From: Candidatus Cloacimonadales bacterium
GTDB taxonomy: Bacteria; Cloacimonadota; Cloacimonadia; Cloacimonadales; JAFGVF01
Direction: 5' to 3'
Length of the DNA: 64,000 bases
NCBI GenBank assembly: GCA_963663475.2
Contig: CAXXJV010000001.1
Span: 1,696,001 to 1,760,000 of the forward strand
The translations under genes and the position numbers were made by a program. Below are positions 19,128 to 29,140 of the stretch, piece after piece (the first letter of the stretch is position 1; each line of letters opens with the position of its first letter). The notes beneath the pieces were generated by a model, which saw only the letters and a list, made by a program, of their open reading frames with translations, was not told where the DNA came from and ran no database searches.

Positions 19128-20690
19128 ATGATGGAATTAATATATATTGCCATTGGGATAATTATCGGTGTTTTAGCTATGGGGATTGTTTATATAGTCC
19201 TTAGAAAAAAAGCTTTTAGCCTTATTAGTAATCAAAAATTAATTGCTGAGCAAATTATTGAAGAAGCTAAGGATAAAGCTAAAACCCTCAAGAAAGAGAA
19301 AATTCTTGAAGGAAAAGAAGAATGGTATCAACAGAAAAAAGTTCTTGAAGATGAGATTAAAGACCGCCAAAAAGAACTTAGAAAACTTGAAAAAGCATCA
19401 AACGACCGCTTAGCTTCTCTAGACCGCAGACTTGAGTCTTTAGAAAAAAAGGAAGCTAATCTTACTCAACTTGAAAAAAAGAATCACAAATTTGAAGACA
19501 TTTTAAACAAAAGAGCTGATGAAATTGACAATTTAATAAGTGACCAACAAAAGAAACTTGAAGAAATTGCAGGTATGACTCATGAAGAAGCTCTTAATCA
19601 ACTTAAAGCAGAACTCATAAGTACAGCTAAAAAGCATACAGCTGGAGAAATTAGACAGATGGTAGAGCAGTTAAAAGCTGATTCAACTGCAAAATCTGCT
19701 GAAATTTTAGCAACTGCAATCCAAAGAATGGCTGTTGATTATGTGTCTGAATCTACTGTATCAGTTGTTTCCTTACCTTCTGATGAAATGAAAGGAAGAA
19801 TTATTGGTCGTGAAGGTCGTAACATCCGTTCTTTCGAAAAAGCATCTGGTGTTGATTTAATCATTGATGATACTCCAGAAGCAGTTGTTCTTTCTTGTTT
19901 TGATCCAATAAGAAGAGAAATAGCTAGACTATCTTTAGAAAAACTTATCTCAGATGGTAGAATACATCCAGGTAGAATTGAAGAAGTAATTGAAAAAACT
20001 GGAAAAGAAATGGATGATCATCTAGTGAAAGTGGGTGAAAAAGCATTCTTAGAAGCTAATATTCATAACATATCACCAAATATTATTAAGATACTTGGTA
20101 GATTAAAATACAGAACAAGTTATGGCCAAAATGTATTACAACATTCAATTGAAACTGCTTGGATTTGTGGTATTATGGCTGCAGAGTTAGGCTTGAATCA
20201 AGAAATGGCACGTAGAGCAGGTCTCCTCCATGATATTGGCAAGGCTATTGATCATGAATTTGATGGTTCTCATGCTGTTATTGGTGCTAATATTGCTCGT
20301 AAAAATGGTGAATGTAAAACTGTTATCAATGCTATTGAAGCTCACCATGAAGATGTATCACCAGATACAGTTTATGCTGCTTTAGTACAAGCATCTGATG
20401 CGATTTCTGGTGCTAGACCAGGTGCCAGAAGAGAAATGTTAGAATCATATATGCAAAGATTATCAAAACTAGAAGAAATTGCTGGTTCTATAGAAGGTGT
20501 AAATAAGTCTTATGCTATTCAGGCTGGTAGGGAATTAAGAATTATTGTTGAACCTACTAACGTAAACGATGAAAGTGCTGCTTTTATAGCCCAAGATATA
20601 GCAAGTAAGATCGAGAAAGAAGTTCAATATCCAGGTACTATTAAAGTTACTGTAATAAGAGAAACAAGACAAATTTCTGTAGCTAAATAG
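19128..20690 (+). CDS. rny: Ribonuclease Y
   Basis: TM + coiled coil, KH (MKGRIIGREGRNIR), HD (LLHDIGKA). Confidence 0.97.
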   Translation: MMELIYIAIGIIIGVLAMGIVYIVLRKKAFSLISNQKLIAEQIIEEAKDKAKTLKKEKILEGKEEWYQQKKVLEDEIKDRQKELRKLEKASNDRLASLDRRLESLEKKEANLTQLEKKNHKFEDILNKRADEIDNLISDQQKKLEEIAGMTHEEALNQLKAELISTAKKHTAGEIRQMVEQLKADSTAKSAEILATAIQRMAVDYVSESTVSVVSLPSDEMKGRIIGREGRNIRSFEKASGVDLIIDDTPEAVVLSCFDPIRREIARLSLEKLISDGRIHPGRIEEVIEKTGKEMDDHLVKVGEKAFLEANIHNISPNIIKILGRLKYRTSYGQNVLQHSIETAWICGIMAAELGLNQEMARRAGLLHDIGKAIDHEFDGSHAVIGANIARKNGECKTVINAIEAHHEDVSPDTVYAALVQASDAISGARPGARREMLESYMQRLSKLEEIAGSIEGVNKSYAIQAGRELRIIVEPTNVNDESAAFIAQDIASKIEKEVQYPGTIKVTVIRETRQISVAK

Positions 20691-20692
20691 TC

Positions 20693-21484
20693 ATGCGAAT
20701 TTTATTTCTTGGTGATATTTATGGAAAACCAGGCAGGGAAGTTTTAAAAAGAAATTTAAAACACCTTAAGAAAGAGTTTTCTGTTGATATTTGTATTGCA
20801 AATTTCGAAAATCTTGCAGATGGAAGAGGTATTAGTGAGAAATGTGCTAGGTCCACTTTCTCTTATGGTGTTGATTTTGCCACTGGTGGCAACCATTTAT
20901 GGGATAAAGCTGATTCCTTAACTTACCTTGCTCAAGAGAAAAGAATTTGCAAACCAATGAACTATCCTAAACCTGAAATTGGAATGGAGTATATCCAAAC
21001 TAAAATTAACAATAAAGATATATTAATATTGAATTTAGCAGGACAAAGCTTTATGCCTCCTGCTAATTCTCCTTTTGAAACAATTGATAACTTTCTCAGC
21101 AATTATTCCAGACAAGACTATCTAATCTTTGTAGATTTTCATGCTGAAGCAACTGCTGAAAAAAGAGCTCTAGCCTGGTATTTAGATGGTAGAGTTTCTG
21201 CCCTAGTGGGAACCCATACTCATATTCAGACTGCTGATGAGCAAATCCTACCCCAAGGAACTGCATATTTAACAGATGCTGGTATGACTGGTGGGCATGA
21301 GTCTGTTATTGGCGTACAAAAAGATATCATACTATCTAATATTAAAGATGGAATTCATAAACCTTATAAAGTCTCTCAAAGAGGTTTAGAAATTAATGGG
21401 GTCTTGATTGATATTGATGATGACTATAATACAAGTAAAGAAATAATTAGAATTAGGAGATGCTTTGATGGAGAAAAATCTTAA
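20693..21484 (+). CDS. ymdB: YmdB / TIGR00282 metallophosphoesterase
   Basis: GDIYGKPG, GNHLWD, DFHAEATAEK, GTHTHIQTAD; follows rny. Confidence 0.93.
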   Translation: MRILFLGDIYGKPGREVLKRNLKHLKKEFSVDICIANFENLADGRGISEKCARSTFSYGVDFATGGNHLWDKADSLTYLAQEKRICKPMNYPKPEIGMEYIQTKINNKDILILNLAGQSFMPPANSPFETIDNFLSNYSRQDYLIFVDFHAEATAEKRALAWYLDGRVSALVGTHTHIQTADEQILPQGTAYLTDAGMTGGHESVIGVQKDIILSNIKDGIHKPYKVSQRGLEINGVLIDIDDDYNTSKEIIRIRRCFDGEKS

Positions 21485-22331
21485 AGCTAAGCCGTTAATT
21501 AAAGATAAATACAAAGAACTTCAAACAGAAATTAATAACCTTTCAGATGCATTAATCATGAAAGTTATTAGAATTGGACAAGATCCTGCATCAGCTTTTT
21601 ATGTTCAGAATATCTTGAACAGAGGTAAGAAAATAGGAGCTGAAGTTCATCTTGTTACTTTAGAAGAAGGTATAGAGCAAGACCAATTGATCCAGTTAAT
21701 TGAAGATTATAATAATGATGCTTCAGTTGCTGGGATTATGTTGCAAAAACCTTTACCTAAAGATTTTGATGAAGCTAAAATTAATTCTTTAATTAAGCCC
21801 GAGAAGGATGTTGATGGCTTTCATCCAGAGAATTTAGGTAAGCTCTTACTTGAACAAGATGGACTTTTTCCCTGCACTGCTACTGCTTGTTTGACTATGC
21901 TAGACTATTATGATATTGAGACATCTGGCAAGAATGTAGTAGTTTTGGGTAGGTCTGCTATTGTGGGAAAACCACTGGCTAATATGTTACTTAGAAAAGA
22001 TAAGACAGGTAATGCAACTGTTACTGTTTGCCATAGCCGAACACAAAACCTACAAGAAGTAACAAAGAAAGCTGATATTCTTATTGCTGCTATAGGCAAG
22101 GCTAACTTTGTTACCAGAGATTTTGTGAAGGAAGATTGTATTGTAATAGATGTAGGTATTAACGAAGTTATAGATGCTGATGGAAATGCTTCCTATGTAG
22201 GTGATGTAGCTTATGATGATGTCTTTAACCAGGTCTCTGCAATAAGCCCAGTGCCTGGAGGAGTAGGATCAGTAACTACCTATGAATTGTTCAAAAATTT
22301 ATTAAAAGCAAAAAAAATGCAGAAAAAATAA
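21468..22331 (+). CDS. folD: Methylene-THF dehydrogenase/cyclohydrolase
   Basis: KDVDGFHP, GRSAIVGKP, PVPGGVG. Confidence 0.96.
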   Translation: MEKNLKAKPLIKDKYKELQTEINNLSDALIMKVIRIGQDPASAFYVQNILNRGKKIGAEVHLVTLEEGIEQDQLIQLIEDYNNDASVAGIMLQKPLPKDFDEAKINSLIKPEKDVDGFHPENLGKLLLEQDGLFPCTATACLTMLDYYDIETSGKNVVVLGRSAIVGKPLANMLLRKDKTGNATVTVCHSRTQNLQEVTKKADILIAAIGKANFVTRDFVKEDCIVIDVGINEVIDADGNASYVGDVAYDDVFNQVSAISPVPGGVGSVTTYELFKNLLKAKKMQKK

Positions 22332-22405
22332 ATAAATATATTGACTAAATAAAACAAACTTGAAAAATTAACTTTAAAATTATAATAATTAATGACCTTG
22401 GGAGG

Positions 22406-24805
22406 ATGTTAATGCGTAAAGCTTTAAAAATGAGTCTGCTTTTAGGGACTATTTTAGTTCTTTTAGCTCTCACTGCATGTGGAGTTGATGGTGATTATAA
22501 TAGCAATAAGAAACCAATGATAAGTATTACTTCTTGGGAAGGAGTTGAAGAAGCAGCAGCTCTTGATACTTTAGAAAGTTTAGTTTTCCAACAAAAAGTT
22601 TATTGGAATGCTAATGATGATGACGGAACAATTGCTGGTATAGCATATAGAATTTTAGATGAAAACGGTAATCCAATACCTACACCTGGTAACTCAGTTA
22701 TTGATGAAACAGGTGAATTAGAATCTGTTGTTGATGAAAACGGTAACCAACTCTTAGGTTGGGTAATTCACTATAAACCAGGTGCTAACGAAAATATCCC
22801 TCTAGAAAGTAATCTTGCAAAGAAAACTATCTGGTCTCAATTGCAGTATGCTACTGTAAATTTCCCTGCAAACGAAGATGGTCAGCCTGCTGATGTTGTA
22901 TCTAGTATTGAAGTTGTTTGTTTAGACAACATGGGTGCTATCAGTAATGTAGCAAGAAAAAACTTCAAAACAACCTCATCTGTTCCAACTTGTATTCTCT
23001 CTACTTCAAGGGGTAATCCTGATGGTAAACAAGTGGGTACAGGCTTATTTATAACTTTCTCTATGTCAACAACACCTGGTGATCCTTTTGGCGTTCCTGG
23101 TGCTGATTACTTTGAATATAAAGTTGGTAAGTACGTTTATGATGAAGATGCTGATTCTCTTGATGTTCCTGAATTGATTGAAGAAACAGAATGGTTTACC
23201 ACTGACTCTAATCAAATTCTTTTAACTAAAGATACTAACCCTTCATTAACTGCTGATTTTGATGGTACAGACCCTGATGCTGAACAACTCACTTTCACAA
23301 GAGTAACAGCTCATGCTTATAATTTCGCTGGTGTTAAATCAAACGAATCTGAAATTGAATTTGCTGTTAAAGAAGGATTCCATCCTAAAACTTTAATTTA
23401 CTCTCAAAAAGTGTATGGCTTAGGTGATTATCACTATAAAGATTATACTGATCCAAGTGATTTAGAAACCTATCCTTATATCTTAAAAGATGGTCCTATT
23501 CCAGTTATCTATGCTAATAAATTCTTTGTTGATAACGAAGGAAGATATTCAGCTGTTAACTCAACTAACTTCAAAGTATTTGCGAAATGGGGTTATGCTG
23601 GTCAATATGGTGTACCTCCAACATCAAGTTCAGGTTCTCCATTTTTCTCAAACAACCCATACGATACTGAGTTAGGTCGCGTTCTTAATGAAGCTGATAA
23701 TAAAGACTATTATTCAGAAATCGTTGCTTTTGATATTCGTTTCGATGATCAACCATATGATTTTTACGCCTTATCCCAAGATCCAGACAATATAGTTACT
23801 CACGATGATGGAACTCAATGGTTACGAGTACCAAAAAATAGTGTATGGTCAATTTCTAATGGTTTAGAACTAGGTAACCTAGCAAATGGTATGCACAAAT
23901 TAGAAATCGCTGCTGTTGATTTACAGTATGAATATGACCCTACTCCTGCAGTATTTGAATTCTACTTAGCAGAATATGTTCCTAAAGAAAATAGAGAAAG
24001 AACTCTTGTCCTAGATGCATCAGAATTTACCGAATCTACACTCGATTATATTACAGCTTATACAGACTCTGTATATACTCGTGTTCTTGGTGATTATCCA
24101 AATATTGATTTCTGGGAAAGATTACCTTTACAACAGAATTCAGGTCTTTCAGCTCAAGAATATGGTATTGCTTACACTGATTTATTAAACTATAAAAATA
24201 TTATTTATAGAGAAGAATCAAACTCAAATACTGAAAAACTTGTTTATGACCATGATGCCTTAAAATTATATCTTAACAATGGTGGTAATTTAATTATATC
24301 TGCTGCTAAGAATATCAAAGGTATTAATAACTCTTTTGTTAACCAAGGTAAAAACATTTTCAGAAACTTCTTTGGTATTAGATATGATGGAAATGCTATT
24401 GTTGCTCTTGAAAACACAGTAACAACACCATATATCATTGGTGCTAATCCTACTGATGATGCTTCAATCTTTGGAAATTTACCAACTCTTGATCTGCATG
24501 TTGCTCCTTATAGTTATACTCTAAATCTCTTTGGTGCCTTACTTGACTTATCATATTTCGCAGAAGATTATGCTAACCTAGAAGACACTCAAACAAAGAT
24601 TATTTATAGATCAAAAGCTAAACCTGTTCAAGTTGGAGTTCCTTACACTCCTCAAACTGAAGAAGTATTCAACCAATTTAATGGCTTACCTTTAGCAATT
24701 GGTAAAATCACTCCTCAAAACAAATGTATGGTTACTTCTTTCCCTATCTCATTTATGGAAGAAGCTGATATAGAAGAATTATTCCAAGAAATCTTGAATG
24801 ATTAA
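22406..24805 (+). CDS. Large acidic surface lipoprotein of unknown function
   Basis: Lipobox LTAC; beta-rich acidic body; own terminator. Confidence 0.8.
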   Translation: MLMRKALKMSLLLGTILVLLALTACGVDGDYNSNKKPMISITSWEGVEEAAALDTLESLVFQQKVYWNANDDDGTIAGIAYRILDENGNPIPTPGNSVIDETGELESVVDENGNQLLGWVIHYKPGANENIPLESNLAKKTIWSQLQYATVNFPANEDGQPADVVSSIEVVCLDNMGAISNVARKNFKTTSSVPTCILSTSRGNPDGKQVGTGLFITFSMSTTPGDPFGVPGADYFEYKVGKYVYDEDADSLDVPELIEETEWFTTDSNQILLTKDTNPSLTADFDGTDPDAEQLTFTRVTAHAYNFAGVKSNESEIEFAVKEGFHPKTLIYSQKVYGLGDYHYKDYTDPSDLETYPYILKDGPIPVIYANKFFVDNEGRYSAVNSTNFKVFAKWGYAGQYGVPPTSSSGSPFFSNNPYDTELGRVLNEADNKDYYSEIVAFDIRFDDQPYDFYALSQDPDNIVTHDDGTQWLRVPKNSVWSISNGLELGNLANGMHKLEIAAVDLQYEYDPTPAVFEFYLAEYVPKENRERTLVLDASEFTESTLDYITAYTDSVYTRVLGDYPNIDFWERLPLQQNSGLSAQEYGIAYTDLLNYKNIIYREESNSNTEKLVYDHDALKLYLNNGGNLIISAAKNIKGINNSFVNQGKNIFRNFFGIRYDGNAIVALENTVTTPYIIGANPTDDASIFGNLPTLDLHVAPYSYTLNLFGALLDLSYFAEDYANLEDTQTKIIYRSKAKPVQVGVPYTPQTEEVFNQFNGLPLAIGKITPQNKCMVTSFPISFMEEADIEELFQEILND

Positions 24806-24835
24806 TTCAATAGTAATAAATAAAAACTAATAGAT

Positions 24836-24871
24836 AATAATGGCAACTGATCAGTTGCCATTATTTTTTTT
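24836..24871 (+). terminator. Intrinsic terminator (perfect 30-bp palindrome + T run)
   Basis: AATAATGGCAACTGA-TCAGTTGCCATTATT followed by T6. Confidence 0.8.
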
Positions 24872-24884
24872 AAGGAGATCTTAT

Positions 24885-25784
24885 ATGAAAAACAAAATTT
24901 GGAGATTTTTAATTGTTATCACTTTATTCTCAACAATCTTAGCTTGTTCTAGTAATAAACACGACCCTCTGCAAGGTGGGGAAATGATGTTCTGGAAAGT
25001 TTCAGATGAAGATTCAGCAGTTTACTTACTAGGCTCAATCCACTTTGGAAAAGCTGAGTTTTATCCTATGCCTGACCTTATTAATGAAGCTTATGATAAG
25101 AGTGATATTTTAGGGGTTGAAGTAAATTTATTAGCAGTTGATCAACTTGCTCTCCAAGAAGTTATGATGCAGAATATGTATTATCAAGATGGAAGTAAAC
25201 TTCTTGATCATATAAGCCCTGAAACTGCTGAACTTCTTGCTGAATATCTTGAAAGCAAGGGAATGAATTTAGAAATGTTTGCTGGAATGAAAGCAGGAGC
25301 CTTGATACTTACTATTTCAGGTATGGAAGCTCAAATGGCTGGTCTGAATCCTCAATATGGTATTGATATGCATTATCTAATTAAAGCCCAAGAAGAAGGT
25401 AAGGATATTATAGAACTTGAATCTATTAAGAGTCAAATGGAAATGATGTTTGGTCAAGAGGAATTAGCTGAAGGGATGTTGTATAAAACTCTCAAAGATG
25501 CAGCAGATTACCAGCAAATGCTAGATTCTCTAGCTACCATCTGGCAAGCAGGAGACGCTTTGGCCATGAAGGAATTAATGACTGGCTGGGATACTCCTGA
25601 AGAAAAACTTTACCTAGATAAACTCTTTGGTCAAAGAGATATTGAGATGACAGAAAAGATTGAAGAAATGCTTTTAAATAACAAAAAAGCTTTTATAATA
25701 TTAGGTGCTGGCCACTTTGTTAATCAAGAGGGGATTATTAATAGGTTAGCTGATAGGAATAAATATCAGATAATAAAATACTAG
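24885..25784 (+). CDS. TraB/GumN (Tiki) family lipoprotein
   Basis: Start moved to ATG 24885 (RBS AAGGAG); lipobox ILAC; YLLGSIH, LES, RD, GAGH. Confidence 0.88.
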   Translation: MKNKIWRFLIVITLFSTILACSSNKHDPLQGGEMMFWKVSDEDSAVYLLGSIHFGKAEFYPMPDLINEAYDKSDILGVEVNLLAVDQLALQEVMMQNMYYQDGSKLLDHISPETAELLAEYLESKGMNLEMFAGMKAGALILTISGMEAQMAGLNPQYGIDMHYLIKAQEEGKDIIELESIKSQMEMMFGQEELAEGMLYKTLKDAADYQQMLDSLATIWQAGDALAMKELMTGWDTPEEKLYLDKLFGQRDIEMTEKIEEMLLNNKKAFIILGAGHFVNQEGIINRLADRNKYQIIKY

Positions 25785-26040
25785 ACTGGACTTCCTCAGC
25801 CCTAGGCTAGTGGCTTCGGACCTAGAAGTCTCAACTTCGTCAGCAAAATACTAGACTGTAGTTCCTCAGCCCTAGGCTAGGGACTTCGGACCTAGTAAAT
25901 AGTCGGAAGTCGCTACTTCGTAAGCAAGTCCCGTCTGGACCCATCCTGATAGCTTCCTTAGACCTTCCTTTACAGTCTTTCGATGAAACACGGACTTTCA
26001 TCGAAAGACTGTAAAGGAAGGATCATGAAAGGATAGGGTA
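25776..26040 (+). repeat. Composite repeat: two tandem family-B units (70-bp period) + family-E hairpin
   Basis: AAATACTAGACTG...CCTCAGCCCTAGGCTAG...CTTCGGACCTAG at 25776 and 25846; 26-bp IR at 25963-26021. Confidence 0.85.
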
Positions 26041-26145
26041 AAATTACATTTGAAAAACAAATTCTTATTGACATGATTAAGGCAATACTTTTCATAACCT
26101 AAATAAGTTTGATTTCTTTAAGAAGAAAGGGAGTTCAATAAAACA

Positions 26146-27384
26146 ATGAATTTAGCAGTAGATTTACATTCTCATTCAGGATATGCTGGTGGTGTAGGAA
26201 CAATAACTTTAGAAGATGTCTCCACCACTATGAAGAAGAAAGGTATAGATGTTTTTGGTACTGGTGATATCCTACTGCCACAGAGATTTACACAACTAGA
26301 GAAGTCTCTTATTGATAATGGTAACGGCTTATTTAAATTAAGCAAAGATGATAGTTCTTTATTTCTATTACAAACAGAAGTTATCTTTACTGTTAAACTG
26401 CAAGGTTACAAAAATAAAATAATTGCCCATCATATTATTCTCTTTCCTGATTTTAAATCTGTGAAACTATGTGCAAAATTAATGGATAAGTGGGGACAAA
26501 AAAATACTATTGGAAGACCTTTCATTGTTTCTGAAAATAGGCAAGAGATGATTGGAAGAATGGAAGAAATAATTGCTATTCACCCTGAAATTGAGATTAT
26601 TCCTGCCCATATTATGACACCTGATGGGGTAATGGGCTGTAAGAATATGCTTCAAGATATTGAAGAGTTTTATGGTTCTTTTTTGCCCAATATCCATGCA
26701 GTTGAAACAGGTTTAAGTGCAGACCCTGAGCTTCTCCAACAAATTCCTAAAATCTCAGACCTAACATTCATCTCTAATAGTGACTGTCATAGTGCTGCTT
26801 ATAACCGAATTGGTAGAGAATTCACTATTCTTTCACTTGACCATATTTCCTATTCTGAAATTATCAGAGCTATAAGAGAAAATAAGCTGGTTTTAACAGC
26901 TGAATTTAATCCTGCTGAAGGACGATATTATAAGACAGGCCATGCTAGTAAGAGGCATACTAATAAAGAAGAATTTATTATTGAACCCTTGGGAGCTAAA
27001 GACCTTATCTGTCCAATTTGTAATAAAAAAATGACCCTTGGTGTTTATGATAGAGTTAAACAATTAAGAGATCCGAATATTATTCCACGAAAAAGAAAAT
27101 ATATCCACTTAATTCCCTTAGTTGAAGTCATAGCAAATTCCTTGCAACTTAAGAGTCTAACATCAAATAAAGTAATTAAAATTTATGAAGAAATTATTAG
27201 ACACTTTTGCACTGAAATTAGATTATGGTTAACAGATAGAAATGAAATAGTTCAAGGCCTAGCAAGTAAGATACCAGACCAAACAATAGCTGCAATAATA
27301 GCTGTCAAAGAAGGTAAATTTGACTTTTCACCAGCTGGCTTTGATGGTGAATATGGTAAATTAATAATAAATAAAAATAACTAA
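26146..27384 (+). CDS. PHP-domain endonuclease Q family (TIGR00375-like) protein
   Basis: DLHSHS, GTGD, PAHIMTP, ETGLSAD, SNSDCHS, IGREF, CPIC..MTLGV, GFDGEYG. Confidence 0.85.
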   Translation: MNLAVDLHSHSGYAGGVGTITLEDVSTTMKKKGIDVFGTGDILLPQRFTQLEKSLIDNGNGLFKLSKDDSSLFLLQTEVIFTVKLQGYKNKIIAHHIILFPDFKSVKLCAKLMDKWGQKNTIGRPFIVSENRQEMIGRMEEIIAIHPEIEIIPAHIMTPDGVMGCKNMLQDIEEFYGSFLPNIHAVETGLSADPELLQQIPKISDLTFISNSDCHSAAYNRIGREFTILSLDHISYSEIIRAIRENKLVLTAEFNPAEGRYYKTGHASKRHTNKEEFIIEPLGAKDLICPICNKKMTLGVYDRVKQLRDPNIIPRKRKYIHLIPLVEVIANSLQLKSLTSNKVIKIYEEIIRHFCTEIRLWLTDRNEIVQGLASKIPDQTIAAIIAVKEGKFDFSPAGFDGEYGKLIINKNN

Positions 27385-27413
27385 TTAATAGAATTGTACT
27401 TATGGAGGTACAC

Positions 27414-28658
27414 ATGGAAATCCGAGAATTTATACCTAAAAGATTTGAAAATTTAGCTCAACAATTAAATGATAATGAAGCAGTGATTCTCTTTAGTAAT
27501 GATCCTGCTCATGGTGTTAACCGTTTTGAACAAGATAAAAACTTTCTCTATTTTACAGGCCTTGAGATTCCTAATGCTAGATTATTAGCTACGAAAACAG
27601 GCGGCAAATTAAACACAAGCCTCTTTATCGAAAGAAACATTCCAGAAAGAATTGTTTGGGATGGAGCAAAAATGTATCCTAAGGAAGCATGGGAGATTTC
27701 TACCATCAAAAATATTCAGTTTACTGACCAATTTGATGCTAATATAAGTAATAGTCTTGCCTTCTCAAACATTAAAAAAGTCTATCTTAACTTTAATGTT
27801 GGTAATGTAAATAATCCTCTTGATAATAGACTTCATTTTGCTAATGAACTAAAAAGGACCAATCCTCAAATAACAGTAGAAAACTTCATTGATATCGTTA
27901 GACCTCTCAGAGAAATCAAAGATGAATTTGAACTTGAACAAATGCAAAAAGCAATAGATATTACTGGTGAAGGTCTAGATGTAATCTTTAATTTTGCTGA
28001 AGCAGGTATGTTTGAATTTGAATTAGAAGCCATGCTTTACAATGAAATGCTTTCCAATGGCTTCAGATTCTGGGGCTTTACTCCTATTATCGCTAATGGT
28101 AAGAATGCTGCTACCCTTCACTATATTGATAATGATACTGAAATCGCTGAAGATGCTATGGTTCTCTGTGATGTAGGTGCTTCTTGTTATGGCTATTCTG
28201 CTGATATTACTAGAACTTTCCCTATTGGCGAGAAATTTACCCCAAGAGCTAAAGAAGTTTATCAAGCAGTCTTAGATATCCAAAAAGAAATTATCTCAAT
28301 GATAAAACCTGGTGTTACTATGATTCAATTAAATGAAAAAACTAATGAACTTATTACCAAAGCCTGCCATAAATTGGGCTTAATCAAAGAAGATAATGAA
28401 TTCAGAAAATACTATATGCACTCTATTGGTCATCATCTTGGACTTGATACTCATGATGTAGGTACTAGAACATCTACTCTTAAAGCGGGTATGGTTATTA
28501 CTGTTGAACCAGGTCTTTATATAGCAGATGAATCCATCGGTGTTAGAATTGAAGATGATATTTTGGTAACTGAAGACGGACATAAAGTCTTATCTGAATC
28601 TATACCAAAAGAAGTTGAAGAATTAGAAACTATAAGAAAGGCTGCTCTTAATCGATGA
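27414..28658 (+). CDS. pepP: Xaa-Pro aminopeptidase (M24B)
   Basis: DVGA, DITRTF, HSIGHHLGLDTHD, TVEPGLY, GVRIEDD. Confidence 0.93.
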   Translation: MEIREFIPKRFENLAQQLNDNEAVILFSNDPAHGVNRFEQDKNFLYFTGLEIPNARLLATKTGGKLNTSLFIERNIPERIVWDGAKMYPKEAWEISTIKNIQFTDQFDANISNSLAFSNIKKVYLNFNVGNVNNPLDNRLHFANELKRTNPQITVENFIDIVRPLREIKDEFELEQMQKAIDITGEGLDVIFNFAEAGMFEFELEAMLYNEMLSNGFRFWGFTPIIANGKNAATLHYIDNDTEIAEDAMVLCDVGASCYGYSADITRTFPIGEKFTPRAKEVYQAVLDIQKEIISMIKPGVTMIQLNEKTNELITKACHKLGLIKEDNEFRKYYMHSIGHHLGLDTHDVGTRTSTLKAGMVITVEPGLYIADESIGVRIEDDILVTEDGHKVLSESIPKEVEELETIRKAALNR

Positions 28659-29140
28659 TCAGAAAAAAAATAGCTATTTACCCTGGTACCTTTGACCCTA
28701 TTACCTTGGGTCATATTAATATTGTTCAAAAAGCTTCTGAAATGTTTGACGAAGTTGTAATGGCAATTGCCAAGGATAACTATAAAGAAACTTTTTTCTC
28801 CTTAGAAGAAAGAACAAGACTTTGCCAAGAAGCTTTAAAAGATATTCCCAACGCCAGGGCTGAATCTTTTGAAGGCTTGGTAGTTGATTTTGCCAAAAAA
28901 CTTGGTACAAATATTATGATTAGAGGCTTAAGAGCTGTATCAGATTTTGAATATGAACTGCAATTAGCCTTGATGAATAAAAAACTAAGCAATGAAATAG
29001 AAACAATCTTTCTAGTTCCTCGCTTTGATTATTTATATTTATCCTCAAGTATGGTTAGAAATATTGCTTCGGTTGGGGGAGATGTGGAAACACTTGTTCC
29101 TCCTTGCGTGGCAGAAGTTTTAAGAAAAAAGGTTAAATAA
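28655..29140 (+). CDS. coaD: Phosphopantetheine adenylyltransferase
   Basis: YPGTFDPITLGH, RGLRAVSDFEYE. Confidence 0.97.
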   Translation: MIRKKIAIYPGTFDPITLGHINIVQKASEMFDEVVMAIAKDNYKETFFSLEERTRLCQEALKDIPNARAESFEGLVVDFAKKLGTNIMIRGLRAVSDFEYELQLALMNKKLSNEIETIFLVPRFDYLYLSSSMVRNIASVGGDVETLVPPCVAEVLRKKVK

